Below, piece after piece: positions 9,071-17,400 of a stretch of DNA of 64,000 nt; positions within the stretch are counted from its first letter, which is position 1; every line of letters begins with the position of its first letter. Origin of the DNA: an uncultured Desulfarculus sp. (GTDB lineage: Bacteria > Desulfobacterota > Desulfarculia > Desulfarculales > Desulfarculaceae); contig CAXXUK010000001.1 of assembly GCA_963665125.2 (NCBI GenBank), forward strand, positions 1,312,001 to 1,376,000, given 5' to 3'. The translations under genes were made by a program, and so were the position numbers. The notes under the pieces are model-generated. The model made no database searches. It saw only the letters and a list, made by a program, of their open reading frames with translations, and was not told the DNA's origin.

Positions 9071-10195
9071 CTATTTGAGCACCTCGCCGCTTGCCTGGTC
9101 CAACACGAAAACCTGTCCGGCATTGACGGCCGGAGGCCCGAAGCGGCTCAGTTTGGCCTCCGCCTTCCAGGCCATTTTGTTCAAGTGGGTTTGGGACAAT
9201 ACATGATCTTCCTCGGACAAGGCATAGATCTTACCGCCAAAAGAGGTAATTACCGAAGGCTCCGGCAAGGCCCCGATCTTTTGCCAGTTTAGCTTCCAGA
9301 TAGGAGCAGCCATCAAATCCCCCGAGCCGACCAAGCAGCAGACCAGTTGGTGCCCACAATAGGCAAACGAATCGACGTCTTCGAGCTTGCCCAGGCTTTG
9401 CCACTTGATTTTGTTGATGTGGGTGCTGAAAAATTCTCCCGATTGTTTATCCCACAAATACAAACGGCCCTGCCCCGCGGCGAACAGCGTCGCCGGCGGC
9501 GCCTGGCAAAACAACTCCCAGCGGCACTGGTCCAGGGGGCTGGCCCATATCTCATGCGTGTCCGGTTTATACGCATAGATCTTGCCGTGCATGGCGGCGA
9601 TGCCTTTTCCGCCCTCAATCTTGCCCCAGGCCTTCAACTCGACAAGGCCGGGCCCGGCGTCTTTGGCTTTGCCATTGCCTCCACCGGCGGATGATCCCGA
9701 TGGTTTGTTGATACGGCTGCTGTCACCTTGGTCCGAAGACGCGGCCTTACCCGCCCTGGCTGCCGCAAAGGCCGGTCCGCCGAACTTGTCCACAGCCTGA
9801 TAATAACCCTGGGCCGCCTGGTAACAGGCCTCCTTCAACGGCGTCTCCAGGATGTTTTGGTAGGTCTTTTCGCACTCGGCCCGCATGTCGGCCAGAAAAC
9901 GGTTGTCGCACTCCCGGCGGCTGATCCCCGGCTTGTCGTAACAGTCATCGTGCTTTTTACATGCCTTGAACACGGGCACTATATCGATGTGGCCCAGCTT
10001 GGCCACCCAGCCTTGACGCACCTTGGGCGGCGGCCAACGGTCGGGTATCATTTCGCTGCGCCAGTCGCCCTTGGCCCCGCAATAGCTGCCCGCGTTTGCC
10101 CCTGTAACAACCGCCGCGCAGGCCAACAACGCGCATATCATCAGAATCGCCAGTCTCCGCAAAACTTTGACTCCTTTATTGCCAACCCTGGCCAT
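9071..10195 (-). CDS. exported protein: phospholipase A2-like domain plus putative beta-propeller repeats
   Basis: Signal peptide; 'YCG', 'ACKKHDDCY', 'ECDNRFLADMRAEC' match prokaryotic PLA2-type motifs; Gly/Ser linker; four Trp-containing repeats in the C-terminal half. Confidence 0.7.
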   Translation of the reverse strand: MARVGNKGVKVLRRLAILMICALLACAAVVTGANAGSYCGAKGDWRSEMIPDRWPPPKVRQGWVAKLGHIDIVPVFKACKKHDDCYDKPGISRRECDNRFLADMRAECEKTYQNILETPLKEACYQAAQGYYQAVDKFGGPAFAAARAGKAASSDQGDSSRINKPSGSSAGGGNGKAKDAGPGLVELKAWGKIEGGKGIAAMHGKIYAYKPDTHEIWASPLDQCRWELFCQAPPATLFAAGQGRLYLWDKQSGEFFSTHINKIKWQSLGKLEDVDSFAYCGHQLVCCLVGSGDLMAAPIWKLNWQKIGALPEPSVITSFGGKIYALSEEDHVLSQTHLNKMAWKAEAKLSRFGPPAVNAGQVFVLDQASGEVLK

Positions 10196-10358
10196 GGTAG
10201 CAAATGTGCCTTGCCAATGAAAAGGCCATGGCGTTCCAATAAGCCGACAACGCCATTCATTATCGCTTGCCGTGCCGGGAATTTCTTGAGAACACCACCA
10301 AAACAGGACTATATTACATAGACATGAAGCCCATTATTGCTGCCCCAGCGGGACGACG

Positions 10359-11867
10359 ATGACACCTACGGAAATAAGTTCATACCTCTGGCTGTTGATT
10401 CCTGTCGGCGCCTATCTGTTTTTCGCCCTTGCCCTGCATATGGCATCGCGCAGGGTCGCCCTCCTGGCCCGAATTAAGGTCCCGCTGCACATAATTGCCT
10501 TGGGCCTATGCCTGGATCTGTCGCTGGGCTATCTACAGTCGGACTGGGCCAAAATAATGTGGCCCTACGGCAAGGCCATGATCGCCTTCGGCTGCATGAT
10601 CCTGCTTATCCAGATACTCGAAGCCTTGAGCATAGGCTATTTCATGGTCCGACTCCAGGGCCGCCACGTACCGCCGATCCTGCGGCGTTTCGTGCTGCTT
10701 GCCTCCTATTTCATAGTCGCCACCATCATCCTGAGGACCTATTTGGACCTCGACGTAACATCGCTCATCGCCACCTCGGCGGTGGTTTCGTTCGTGGTCG
10801 GTCTGGCCTCCCAAGACCTTTTGGGTTCGGTACTGGCCGGCATCGTCGTGGGCATCGAGAGGCCGCTGGGTCTGGACGATTGGGTGACCATAAACGACCA
10901 GGAAGGCCAGATCGTCGACATCACCTGGCGGCGCACCGAGATGCGCACCAGGGACGGCGACCTGGTGGTATTACCAAACTCCCAGCTCATGAAAAGCACC
11001 ATAGTCAATCACAACAGGCCAACCCCGGCCCACCGCGTGACCATGGAGATAGGCGCCCATTACCGTCACCCGCCCAACAAGGTCAAGAACGCAATAATCA
11101 GCGCGGCAAGGCTCTGCGGCAACATAAGCTACTCACCGGCGCCCTCGGTGTTTTTGCTCGGCTATGATGACTCATCCATCACCTACCGCCTCAATGTCTG
11201 GATTGACGACTTCAGCCTGCTGGAACAAATAAGGGACCAGATAAACACGTATATCTGGTACCAATTCAAGCGTGAGGGCATAGAAATACCCTTCCCCATA
11301 CGCACCCTGCACACTCCGGCGGCAGAAGAGCCCAGCGAAGTGATTCGGCGCGGTCTTGTCGAAAGACTGGTGCCGCTATTGGAGGGAGCCGACATTTTCC
11401 GGGGCATTCCGGGCAAAACCTTGGAAAGAATTGCCGCGGGCATGCGTCTGGAAACCTATGGCGCGGGCGAAACCCTTTTCGACGAAGGCCAGCCCGGCCG
11501 CAACATGTACATGCTCATCAGCGGCGAAGCCCAGGTCCTGAAGAAAAGGCCGGATGGCAGGGAGCAAAAAATGGCCACATTGCAGCCCGGCGAGATCTGC
11601 GGCGAAATGTCGCTTTTGCTGGAGCAGCCCCGCATGGCCACCGTGCGCATGGCCAGTGATTCACAGATCATCGCCATGGGGCCGGGCGTGTTCAAGGAAC
11701 TGGCCTCCGAGCACCCGGAATTCCTGGAGCACCTAAGCAAACTGGTTGAAAACCGCCGCCAGGAAAACGCCGAGCTTCAGGCCCTGTTCAGCGAAACGGT
11801 GCACCAAACCCGCGAAGGAAGATTGCAGGCGGTGCTGGGACGTATCCGATCCGCCTTGAAGCTGTAA
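10359..11867 (+). CDS. MscS-family channel fused to a cyclic-nucleotide-binding domain
   Basis: MscS core 'VVGLASQDLLGSVLAGI', 'ITWRRT', 'LPNS', 'GIEIPFP'; cNMP domain 'LFDEGQPGRNMYMLISGEA', 'GEICGEMSLLLEQPRMATVR'. Confidence 0.92.
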   Translation: MTPTEISSYLWLLIPVGAYLFFALALHMASRRVALLARIKVPLHIIALGLCLDLSLGYLQSDWAKIMWPYGKAMIAFGCMILLIQILEALSIGYFMVRLQGRHVPPILRRFVLLASYFIVATIILRTYLDLDVTSLIATSAVVSFVVGLASQDLLGSVLAGIVVGIERPLGLDDWVTINDQEGQIVDITWRRTEMRTRDGDLVVLPNSQLMKSTIVNHNRPTPAHRVTMEIGAHYRHPPNKVKNAIISAARLCGNISYSPAPSVFLLGYDDSSITYRLNVWIDDFSLLEQIRDQINTYIWYQFKREGIEIPFPIRTLHTPAAEEPSEVIRRGLVERLVPLLEGADIFRGIPGKTLERIAAGMRLETYGAGETLFDEGQPGRNMYMLISGEAQVLKKRPDGREQKMATLQPGEICGEMSLLLEQPRMATVRMASDSQIIAMGPGVFKELASEHPEFLEHLSKLVENRRQENAELQALFSETVHQTREGRLQAVLGRIRSALKL

Positions 11868-11902
11868 CAAGACAATTCACCTGATTATCGGGAGCGAAAA
11901 AT

Positions 11903-12382
11903 ATGAAGCGAAAAAAAGTCATGGCTATCCTGGCTGCGGGCCTTTTGGTCTGCGGGGCGGTGATTGCCTATGCCGCATCCCAAGCCATGAGCGTGCAGGT
12001 AAAGACTGGCCGCGTGCTCGACAGTCCCAATTGCTTTGGCAAGCTCATCAGGGCCCTGCCCTACGGCACCCGGATCGACACCCTGGGCCAGCAAGGCCAA
12101 TGGTACAAGATTGCCTCCCCCGCGGGCTGGATTCACTCATCGGCCCTGAGTTCCCAGAATATCGCCTTCCAGTCCGGCTCCAAAACCAAGGTCCAGGCCG
12201 ACAGCCAGGAAATGGCTCTGGCCGGCAAGGGCTTCAACAAGAAGGTTGAAGCCAAGTACCGGGCCTCGGGCAAGGGCGACTACGCCATGGTCGACAAAAT
12301 CGAGCGCAGCTACAACTTCAGCGGAAACCAGCTCAAGCAGTTCCTGAACCAAGGCGGCCTGCACGCGGGAGACAGCCAATGA
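11903..12382 (+). CDS. exported SH3b-like domain protein
   Basis: Signal peptide, SH3b-like 'QWYKIASPAGWIHSSAL', then 'ALAGKGFN'; stop overlaps the next start (ATGA). Confidence 0.75.
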   Translation: MKRKKVMAILAAGLLVCGAVIAYAASQAMSVQVKTGRVLDSPNCFGKLIRALPYGTRIDTLGQQGQWYKIASPAGWIHSSALSSQNIAFQSGSKTKVQADSQEMALAGKGFNKKVEAKYRASGKGDYAMVDKIERSYNFSGNQLKQFLNQGGLHAGDSQ

Positions 12383-13338
12383 AACGACAGACAAGCAAAA
12401 TCCTGCGTAAGGGCGCGTTGGTAGGTCTGGCTTCGGTGCTCGGCATTTGCATGACTTCGGGCCTGATAGCCCCGTTCGCCGGCCAGAACACGGCCAGAGC
12501 CGGAATCATGGATTACCTGCCCTCCACCGGCGACATAAACAAGGCCAAGGACATCTACAACAAGGGCAAGAAGATCACCGAGGCCACCCAAAAGGCCGTG
12601 ACCGAGCTGACTCCGGAGCAGGAGTATTATCTGGGTCGGGCGGTGTCGGCCAATATTCTGGAGAAATACCAGGTCCTGGATGACGCCGAGCTCAACGGTT
12701 ATGTCAATCAATTGGGCCAGGCCTTGGCCGCGGTCTCGGACCGGCCCCAGACCTTTGGCGGCTATCATTTCGTGGTGCTGGATTCTCCGGAAATCAATGC
12801 CTTTGCCGCGCCGGGCGGCCTGATCATGGTGGCCAAGGGCATGGTGAACATCTGCGGCAGCGAGGCCGAGTTGGCCGCGGTGCTGGCTCATGAGATCGGC
12901 CATGTGCAGTACGAACACGGCGTGGCGTCCATCAAAAGCAGCCGATGGACCGACCTGGGCGGCCTGCTGCTCAAGGAAGGCATCAATGAATTCGGCGGCA
13001 GCGAACTGAACCAGTTGACCAACCTGTTCGGCGAATCGGTGGGCGATGTCAGCAAGACCTTGATGGTCAACGGATATTCGCGATCCCAGGAAACCGAGGC
13101 CGACAAGGCCGCCGTGGTGATCATGGAGCGGGTCGGCTATCCGCCCAACGCTTTGGTCAGCATGCTGCAGAAAATGAAAAAGGCCTACCCGGCCAGTGGT
13201 GATGTTGGTTTCGCCAAAACCCACCCCGACCCCCTGGACCGGATCGAGGACATCAAGGCCCTGGTTCCCAAGGGCGGCCCGGCCACTCCGCCGGCGGCCC
13301 AGGTGGTGCGTTTTCAGCGGGCCACGGCCAACCTCTAG
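12379..13338 (+). CDS. M48-family zinc metallopeptidase, exported
   Basis: 'EINAFAAPGG', 'ELAAVLAHEIGH' (HExxH), 'YSRSQETEAD', 'THP...RI'. Confidence 0.92.
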   Translation: MKRQTSKILRKGALVGLASVLGICMTSGLIAPFAGQNTARAGIMDYLPSTGDINKAKDIYNKGKKITEATQKAVTELTPEQEYYLGRAVSANILEKYQVLDDAELNGYVNQLGQALAAVSDRPQTFGGYHFVVLDSPEINAFAAPGGLIMVAKGMVNICGSEAELAAVLAHEIGHVQYEHGVASIKSSRWTDLGGLLLKEGINEFGGSELNQLTNLFGESVGDVSKTLMVNGYSRSQETEADKAAVVIMERVGYPPNALVSMLQKMKKAYPASGDVGFAKTHPDPLDRIEDIKALVPKGGPATPPAAQVVRFQRATANL

Positions 13339-13350
13339 GGTTTGCCGGCA

Positions 13351-15462
13351 ATGACTCCCAAACGCGCCAAATGGCTGCGCGGCCTGGCCCTGGGCCTGAG
13401 CGCCGCCGCCATTGCCCTGGCCCTTTGGGGCCTCGGCGTGCTTACGCCTTGGGAACGGGCCACCTGGGACATGCGAGCCGCGTTTTGGGCCCGACCCGGC
13501 CAGGCCACCGACAAGGTCAAGATCATCGCCCTGGACCAGACCAGCCTGGACTGGGCCGCCGTGAACAGCGGCCTGGGCTGGCCCTGGCCCAGGCAGGCCT
13601 ATGCCTATGTCATCGACTACCTGAGCAAGGCGGGAGCCAAGGCGGTCATCTTTGACGTCTTGTACAGCGAACCCAGCAACCTGGCCGGGGACGACGAGCA
13701 GCTAGCCGCCGCGGCCAGCCGTTCGGGGCGTTTCGTGGGCGCGTTGATGCTGGGCAAACAGGGCGGACGCAATGCCCTGCCAGGGCCGGTGGCCGCCAAG
13801 ATCCCCGCCATGCCCGGCGCTGAAGCCTGGCTCCAAACCCACCCTGCCCCCGCCGGTGAAGAAGCCCTGACGCCAATCGCCGAACTGGCCCAAAGCGCCT
13901 GGGCCTTGGGCAATGTCAGTTCCCGGCCCGATGCCGACCAGGTGGTCCGGTCCATCAGCCTGGTCCGCTCCTTTGGTGGCAATGTGGTGCCCAACCTGGG
14001 CCTGGCCGCCTGGCTCAAGGCCAACCCCGGCCAAGCCGCCCTGGAGCCGGACCGACTGCAAACCAACGCGCAAACAATCCGGTTGGACGATCTGGGCCGG
14101 GCCCTGCTCAACTACCGCGGCCCCGCCGGCACGTTTCAAAGCTTTTCCGCCGCAGCGGTGATCCAGTCGGCCTTGCAACTCGAACAGGGCGCCGAGCCCA
14201 CCATCGCCGACGCAGCGATCTTCAAAGATTGCTACGTCTTCTTCGGATTCACCGCGCCGGGCCTGCACGACTTGCGGGCCGCGCCTGTTTCGCCGTTGAT
14301 GCCCGGCGTGGAGATCCAGGCCACTGCCCTGGACAACATCCTGTCCGGTGATTTTCTGCGCCACGCGCCGGATTGGTGGGTTGTGCTGATCACCCTGGCC
14401 TTCAGCCTGCTCTGCGCCTATATCGGCCTGGGCTCGGTTACCGTGGGCCGCACGGTCCTAGGCCTGTGCCTGCTGCTGCCCCTGCCCGGCCTGGGGGCTT
14501 TTCTGGCCTACCCGGCGGGCTGGTGGTGGCCCTTCCTGGTTGTTGAAACAGGGGCGGCCCTGACCCTGCTGGGCGCGGTCATCATCAATTTCGCCGTGGA
14601 AGGCCGCCAGCGAAGGTTCATCAAAAAGGCGTTCAGGCACTATCTGAGCCCCGTGGTCATCGACCGCATCCTGGAAGACCCGGACAAACTCAAGCTGGGC
14701 GGCGAACGGCGGGAGTTGTCCATATTCTTCAGCGACCTGGCCGGATTCACCAGCCTGTCCGAAGGCCTGGAGCCCGAGGAACTGACCCTACTGCTCAACG
14801 ATTACCTGTCCGAGGCCAGCGACTTCATCCTGGAGACCGGCGGCACCCTGGACAAGTTCGAGGGCGACGCCATCATCGCCTTTTGGAACGCGCCCCTGGA
14901 TCAACCGGAACACGCCCTGGCCGCCTGCCGGGCCGCCCTGCTGTGTCAGCAGCGCCTGGCCCAACGGGCCGCTGAATACAAGGAACGCGTCGGGCGGCCC
15001 CTGACGGCACGCATCGGCATCAACACCGGGCCGGTGGTGGTGGGCAACATGGGTTCAAAGCAGCGCTTTGACTACACCGTGCTGGGCGACGCGGCCAACC
15101 TGGCCTCCCGCCTGGAGGGCGCCAACAAGGTCTTCGGTACGCCGATCATGGTTTCCCAGTCCACCTGGCAGCAGACCGGCGGCAAGATTCAGGGCAGGCT
15201 TTTGGGCCGTCTGCGGGTGGTGGGCCGCTCCGAGCCGGTGGCCGTTTACGAGCCCATGAGCCTGGACCACGGCGCGGATCAGGCCCTTATCGACGCCTTT
15301 GAACAAGGCGTAAAACTGGTCGAGGCGGGCGACCTCGAACAGGCGCGGGAAGTGTTCGCCGGTCTGGAAGGCGATCCTGCCGCCCGGTCATACCTCAAAA
15401 AGCTTGACCAATTGGAACCCGGCGAAACATGGGACGGCATCTGGAACCTGACCAGCAAATAA
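13351..15462 (+). CDS. CHASE2-domain class III adenylate/guanylate cyclase
   Basis: CHASE2 'WPWPR', 'GAKAVIFDVLYSEP', 'PGVEIQA'; 3 TM; cyclase 'FSDLAGFTSLSE', 'LDKFEGDA', 'DYTVLGDAANLASRLEG'. Confidence 0.93.
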   Translation: MTPKRAKWLRGLALGLSAAAIALALWGLGVLTPWERATWDMRAAFWARPGQATDKVKIIALDQTSLDWAAVNSGLGWPWPRQAYAYVIDYLSKAGAKAVIFDVLYSEPSNLAGDDEQLAAAASRSGRFVGALMLGKQGGRNALPGPVAAKIPAMPGAEAWLQTHPAPAGEEALTPIAELAQSAWALGNVSSRPDADQVVRSISLVRSFGGNVVPNLGLAAWLKANPGQAALEPDRLQTNAQTIRLDDLGRALLNYRGPAGTFQSFSAAAVIQSALQLEQGAEPTIADAAIFKDCYVFFGFTAPGLHDLRAAPVSPLMPGVEIQATALDNILSGDFLRHAPDWWVVLITLAFSLLCAYIGLGSVTVGRTVLGLCLLLPLPGLGAFLAYPAGWWWPFLVVETGAALTLLGAVIINFAVEGRQRRFIKKAFRHYLSPVVIDRILEDPDKLKLGGERRELSIFFSDLAGFTSLSEGLEPEELTLLLNDYLSEASDFILETGGTLDKFEGDAIIAFWNAPLDQPEHALAACRAALLCQQRLAQRAAEYKERVGRPLTARIGINTGPVVVGNMGSKQRFDYTVLGDAANLASRLEGANKVFGTPIMVSQSTWQQTGGKIQGRLLGRLRVVGRSEPVAVYEPMSLDHGADQALIDAFEQGVKLVEAGDLEQAREVFAGLEGDPAARSYLKKLDQLEPGETWDGIWNLTSK

Positions 15463-15476
15463 TTGTGCAAGCGGGT

Positions 15477-15505
15477 TGGACAAACTTTTTCCAAGCGGTT
15501 ATCAT
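15477..15505 (+). promoter_or_regulatory. candidate sigma70 promoter of the gcv leader
   Basis: TGGACA-17 nt-TATCAT upstream of the riboswitch. Confidence 0.5.
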
Positions 15506-15560
15506 GGGCATAGTTGCATCTGGATGATTCAGTCCGGGGCAATATGAAGCAAAAGTTATC

Positions 15561-15644
15561 TTCCAGCGGGAGAGAGCCGTCGATGCGGCCGCCGAAGGTG
15601 CAAGGTCCAAGGACCGAAACTCTCAGGCAAAAGAACTGCTGGAA
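15561..15644 (+). ncRNA. glycine riboswitch, aptamer 1
   Basis: P1 TTCCAGCGG/CTGCTGGAA enclosing GGAGAGA...GCCGAAGGTGCAA...AAACTCTCAGGCAAAAG; upstream of gcvT. Confidence 0.92.
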
Positions 15645-15650
15645 GCATTA

Positions 15651-15727
15651 CTCCTGGAGAGAGCCGGCCGCGCCGGCCGCCGAAGGAGCAAGCCGCAAGG
15701 TGAATCTCTCAGGCCAAAAGACAGGAG
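15651..15727 (+). ncRNA. glycine riboswitch, aptamer 2
   Basis: P1 CTCCTG/CAGGAG enclosing GGAGAGA...GCCGAAGGAGCAA...AATCTCTCAGGCCAAAAG. Confidence 0.92.
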
Positions 15728-15758
15728 GTCCTTAACCGGGCCTCCTTTTTTGTTTTTT
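15724..15758 (+). terminator. riboswitch-controlled intrinsic terminator
   Basis: GGAGGTCC-ttaacc-GGGCCTCC then TTTTTTGTTTTTT; the 5' arm overlaps the 3' strand of aptamer 2 P1. Confidence 0.85.
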
Positions 15759-15811
15759 CAGGATGCCAAAAACATCCTGACAGAGGCCGCAGATATCGAG
15801 AGGAGCGCGAA

Positions 15812-16978
15812 GTGCCCCAGGAAACCCCGTTATCAAGCTGGCACCAAGACCACGGCGGCAAGATGGTTGATTTTGCCGGATGGAGCCTGCCGGTGGCCTA
15901 TGGCGGCGGCATCATTGCCGAACACCTGGCCACCCGCAAATTCGGCGGGCTGTTCGACATCAGCCACATGGGCCGATTCAGGGTCGGCGGCCCAAAGGCC
16001 CTGCAATTTCTGGAATACGCCCTGACCAACTCGGCCCGCAAGCTCCGGCCGGGACGCTCGCAGTACACCTTGATCTCCGACGAGCAAGGCTATCCGGTGG
16101 ACGACGCCTATCTGTACCAACTTGATGAGGCCGAGTATCTGCTGGTGGTCAACGCGGCCAACAAGCAAAAGGATTGGCAGTGGCTGACCCAGGCCAACAC
16201 GGCCGGGGCCGACCTGCGAGACGTCAGCGCCGATATGGCCATGCTGGCCGTGCAGGGCCCCCGCGTCGAACAACTCGTTGCCTCACTGACCGGCGACGCC
16301 TTGCCGCCAAGGGGCCGCAACAATGCGGCATGGTGCACGTTCGACGGCGCCAGGGTGCTCGTATCCCGCACGGGCTACACCGGCGAACCGGTGTGCTTCG
16401 AATTGTTCGCGGCGTGGGACCAGACCGCAGAGCTGTGGCAAAGGCTGGTGGACGGTGGCCAGGACCTGGGCATCATCCCCGTGGGCCTTGGCGCCCGGGA
16501 CACCCTGCGCCTGGAGGTCTGCCTGCCCCTGTACGGCCATGAATTCGCGCCGGACCGGCCCATCCTCGGTGTGCCCACGGCCCGCCTGGGCGTGGACCTG
16601 AGCCCGGAGCGCGGCGATTTCATCGGCAAGCGGGCCCTGATCGAACAAAGCGCCGCGATCCCGCAAAAAGTCGTGGCCGTTGCCGCCCTGGCCAAGGGTA
16701 TGATCAGGGAAGGGTCGCCGGTGTTGCTTGGCGGCAAGCAGGTCGGCGTATTGACCAGCGGCACCACGGTGCCCGCCTGGAGTTTCGAGGGCGGCGCGCC
16801 GGGCGTTGAAAGCCATGTGCGGCCCATCGGCCTGGGCCTGGTGGATTATGCTGTCCAACCGGGCCAGAAAATTGAAATAATCTATCGTAAAAGAACACTT
16901 CCGGGCGTGGTGGCGGCCGCCTTGGCCAAGCCCTCCGGAGACTATATCCAACCGATCCTTTTCCAGGAAGGGAACTGA
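15812..16978 (+). CDS. gcvT: glycine cleavage system aminomethyltransferase T
   Basis: 'MVDFAGWSLPV', 'GLFDISHMG', 'SRTGYTGE', 'GLGARDTLRLE'; GTG start with GAGGAG RBS. Confidence 0.95.
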   Translation: MPQETPLSSWHQDHGGKMVDFAGWSLPVAYGGGIIAEHLATRKFGGLFDISHMGRFRVGGPKALQFLEYALTNSARKLRPGRSQYTLISDEQGYPVDDAYLYQLDEAEYLLVVNAANKQKDWQWLTQANTAGADLRDVSADMAMLAVQGPRVEQLVASLTGDALPPRGRNNAAWCTFDGARVLVSRTGYTGEPVCFELFAAWDQTAELWQRLVDGGQDLGIIPVGLGARDTLRLEVCLPLYGHEFAPDRPILGVPTARLGVDLSPERGDFIGKRALIEQSAAIPQKVVAVAALAKGMIREGSPVLLGGKQVGVLTSGTTVPAWSFEGGAPGVESHVRPIGLGLVDYAVQPGQKIEIIYRKRTLPGVVAAALAKPSGDYIQPILFQEGN

Positions 16979-16980
16979 TC

Positions 16981-17382
16981 ATGAGCAAACAAAATATCCC
17001 CGACGGCCTTTTTTACACCGAAGAACACGAGTGGGTGACCATTGACGACGGCCTGGCCGTGGTGGGGCTCACCTACTATGCCCAAGACCAGTTGGGCGAC
17101 ATCACCTATGTTGGCCTGCCGGAGATCGGCGAGGAGTTGGAGCAAATGGGCGAGATGTGCGAAGTGGAATCGGTCAAGGCCGCCTCGGACGTATACGCGC
17201 CTTTGGGCGGCATCGTGGCCGAGGTCAACGACGCCCTGGAAGAGCACCCGGAGTTGGTCAACAGCGACTGCTATGGCGAGGGCTGGCTGGTCAAGATCAA
17301 GGACTTTGACCAGGACGAACTGCACAACCTGATGGATGCGGATGCCTACAAGGAACTGCTGGAAGGCCTGGAAGAAGAATAG
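16981..17382 (+). CDS. gcvH: glycine cleavage system H protein
   Basis: 'YTEEHEW', lipoyl-Lys motif 'VESVKAASDVYAP', 'YGEGWL'. Confidence 0.96.
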   Translation: MSKQNIPDGLFYTEEHEWVTIDDGLAVVGLTYYAQDQLGDITYVGLPEIGEELEQMGEMCEVESVKAASDVYAPLGGIVAEVNDALEEHPELVNSDCYGEGWLVKIKDFDQDELHNLMDADAYKELLEGLEEE

Positions 17383-17400
17383 TCCCGGAGGGCTTGTCTG

